Origin: Somniosus microcephalus
Taxonomy: Eukaryota
Reading direction: 5' to 3'
DNA: 64,000 nucleotides
NCBI GenBank assembly: GCA_052327205.1
Contig: CM126217.1
Span: 71,300,001-71,364,000, forward strand
Part shown: piece by piece, positions 61,033 through 64,000 of the stretch
Numbering within the stretch: the stretch's first letter is position 1
Layout of the letters: each line of letters starts with the position of its first letter
Notes under the pieces: model-generated
The model's database searches: none
What the model was told of the DNA's origin: nothing
The model's input: only the letters and a program-made list of their open reading frames with translations
Position numbers and translations under genes: made by a program

Positions 61033-62699
61033 CACCTTATACTGCTTGGGCACTGTGACACCAGGAGTATAATTCCAGTGCAATGCCAAGCCAGGTTTAA
61101 GGAGTAAGTGCTCAGAGGACCATTGAACCTCCTTAGAAACTGAAACAGCTTTTAAATTGTTTTGAGAGTGTGGATGCTGCAACCCATGCTCTAAAAACAT
61201 GCAAAATTTACCAGCATGCATGAACAGACTTCTCTCCTGCTGCCCAGTGTATGATATTCAGCTCGGACAGCCCAATGGCATGTCAACTGTACTGGTGTTA
61301 GAATGATTGCACCGTTGAACTGCAGCAAACGAGTGATATGGTAACTAACCTTAATAAATAGGAATAGGTAAAAAGCTGAAGTAATCAAACACTGGAAGCA
61401 CCATTCTCTTGCACAAAATACAGCTCCACCACGTTACTGCAATTCATTCTGGACTTTACAAAAATCATGTTGAATTATTCCAGCAGAATTTAATAACATA
61501 GATGTATTACTGTAACAGTCACTACCACAACATAAATAACCTGTCCATCAACAAGACAACAGAAATATATTTTAAAAAGTAACAGTTTGTACTGATCTGA
61601 AAATTTATCTGAAATCTACCATGGTATATATTATCTCTCCATAAACCTGTATCAGTGATAGTATTAATACCATTATATACATGTCCTACAGCATTGCTCT
61701 TAACTGTAAATCCAGAACCTCATAAACCAAAAATAGGCAAACAGTACCTCAAATGAAAACAGTAGAAAAAATAAGAATTTGGTTACATTAACAGAATTGT
61801 TCCGTGTTTATTATACTTTGAAGGCTGTAATCTATTCTTGGGCTTCAGGCTCAAATTGATTAATCACTCATTTCATACTTGTGCGTAAATGCCCCAATTA
61901 AACGACAGTATTGCAATTCACTTTATGGGTTCCATTATTTTATAATTAAAGTCAAAGCTGTGACAACAATTAAAGCCAGATGAACTGTATGTTTGAATAA
62001 CCATGAGCTGAAAAATACTCCTATTTCAAGAGTGTCTCCATCCAACAAGATTTGTTGGATTATTCAAATTACAGAAGCCCACTTTCAAAATAAATAAGTG
62101 TTATTATGTGTACAGAAAATCAATGTTGGATGATGGTTCTTCTTTGATTGATGAGAAGATTCTATTTTCAACTCCATTGCACTCTGTGCTTAATAAAGAT
62201 TCATATACAAGTTACATTCTACCTGATGCCACTGAAGATAAATGAAAATTCCTCTTATCTCTTAAAGTGATAAATTTTCATTATGAAAGATATACATTTT
62301 GGCATGTAAATTGATCAGTTTTTATGAATCATAATATTATTGGTCTAAAGTTCCATAAAATACATTATTACAATAGCAAGAAGACTTTTAAATATAATGG
62401 ATGTGCTTATTACCACTGGAGACTTGTCAATGGAACCTTACCTAATGTGAATCTATTAACAATAACAAGTACTTGAGGAAGCATTATGAAATACTGCAAT
62501 AACAATGAAATATTGCAAATTTAAACTAATTAGGCATTATAATCCCCAAATATCACTTTGTTTTTGATTCCTTTAAAATGACAATCTGAGTATCTTCAAT
62601 CTTTTGAGAACACACAAGGCACCAAAGCGTAGTGTCTCTATCAGGTTTACTTCCACATTTAAGGTGAAACAATTTGTTAATGGATAGAAAACATAGGAG

Positions 62700-63430
62700 A
62701 AATTAGTGCAGATGACCAAAAGCTTGGTCAAAGAGGTAGGTTTTAAGGAGCATCTTAAAGGAGGAAAGAGAGGTAGAGAGGCGGAGAGGTTTAGGCAGGG
62801 AATTCCAGAGCTTAGGGCCTAGGCAACAGAAGGTACGGCCACCAATGGTTGAGCGATTTATAATCAGGGATGCTCAAGAGAGCAGAATTAGAGGAGCGCA
62901 GATATCTCAGGGGATTGTGGGGCTGGAGGAGATTTCAGAGATAGGGAGGGGCGAGGCCTTGGAGGGATTTGAAAACAAGGATGAGAATGCTGAAATTGAT
63001 GCGTTGCTTAACCGGGAGCCAATGTAGGTCAGCGAGCACAGGGGTGATGGGTGAACGGGACTTGGTGTGAGTTAGGACACGGGCAGCCGAGTTTTGGAAG
63101 ACCTCAAGTTTACGTAGGGTAGAACATGGGAGGCCAGCCAGGAGTGCATTGGAATAGTCAAGTCTAGAGGTAACAAATGCATGGACGAGGATCAGCAGCA
63201 GAAGAGCTGAGGCAGAGTGGAGAGGAGCGATGTTATGGAGGTGGAAATAGGCTGTCTTAGTTATGCTGCGGATATATGGTCGGAAGCTCATTTCAGAGTC
63301 AAATATGACACCAAGGTTGCAAACAGTGTGGTTCAGCCTCAGACAGATGCTAGGGAGAGTATTGGAGTCAGTGGCTAGGGAACGGAGTTTGTGGTGGGAT
63401 CTGAAAGCAATGGCTTCGGTCTTCTGGAGT
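62700..63430 (-). mobile_element. L2 LINE 3' fragment
   Basis: AFVTSRLDYSNALLAGLP..HWLPVKQRINF. Confidence 0.88.
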
Positions 63431-63489
63431 CATACAGGGTTTAATCAAACTTATGCATAACATTCATTCGGAAACTTGTATGGATCACA

Positions 63490-64000
63490 AGAGAACCAGT
63501 GGATGTGGTGTATTTGGACTTTCAGAAGGCTTTCGATAAGGTCCCGCATAAGAGATTAGTGTGTAAAGTTAAGGCACATGGGATTGGGGGCAAGGTACTG
63601 ACTTGGATAGAGAACTGGTTGGCAGACAGAAAGCAAAGAGTTGGAATAAACGGGTCTTTTTCTGAGTGGCAGGCAGTGACTAGTGGGGTACCGCAGGGAT
63701 CGGTCCTTGGACCCCAGCTATTTACAATATATATTAATGATCTAGACAAGGGAACTAGATGTAATATCTCCAAATTTGCAGACGACACAAAGCTGGGTGG
63801 GCGTGTGTGCTGTGAGGAGGATGCCGAGAAACTCCAGTATGATTTGGACAGGTTGGGTGATTGGGCAGAAGCATGGCAGATGCAATATAACGTGGATAAA
63901 TGTGAGGTTATCCACTTTGGTAGCAAAAACAGGAAGGCAGATTATTATCTGAATGGCAATAGATTGGGAGAAGGGGAAGTGCAACGAGACCTGGGTGTCC
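63490..64000 (+). mobile_element. CR1 LINE fragment (runs off window)
   Basis: Near-identical to 47010-47500. Confidence 0.92.

Overview
This is repeat-dense vertebrate DNA. Its repeat spectrum (CR1/L3, L2, Deu-type SINE, Penelope, Harbinger MITEs) points to a cartilaginous fish, probably a shark (inference). Two layers stand out. (1) Host layer: between the repeats lie + strand exon remnants that read as a tandem cluster of IL-10-family (class II helical) cytokine genes. The best supported is IL-26-like: a signal-peptide exon at 41258-41431 and a helix-F exon GVYKAIGELEILIDWI at 57678-57755 carrying an in-frame stop. Three weaker, more decayed IL-20/IL-22-like remnants lie at about 0.27-2.9, 16.3-21.4 and 27.9-29.3 kb. 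(2) Mobile layer: a near-complete lokiretrovirus-like provirus (4048-15457, minus). It has a 4-bp TSD, a tRNA-Arg PBS, gag and pol in one frame across a UGA-CUAG readthrough context, dual RNase H, and a paramyxovirus-F-like env in frame with integrase. Also present are a related solo LTR, two full-length Gypsy elements (CsRn1-like and Mag-like), a decayed Harbinger with MITEs, Penelope elements with minimal hammerhead ribozymes, a Vingi-like LINE, a 5'-inverted RTE and many CR1 fragments. All protein similarities were judged by eye against remembered sequences; no searches were run.
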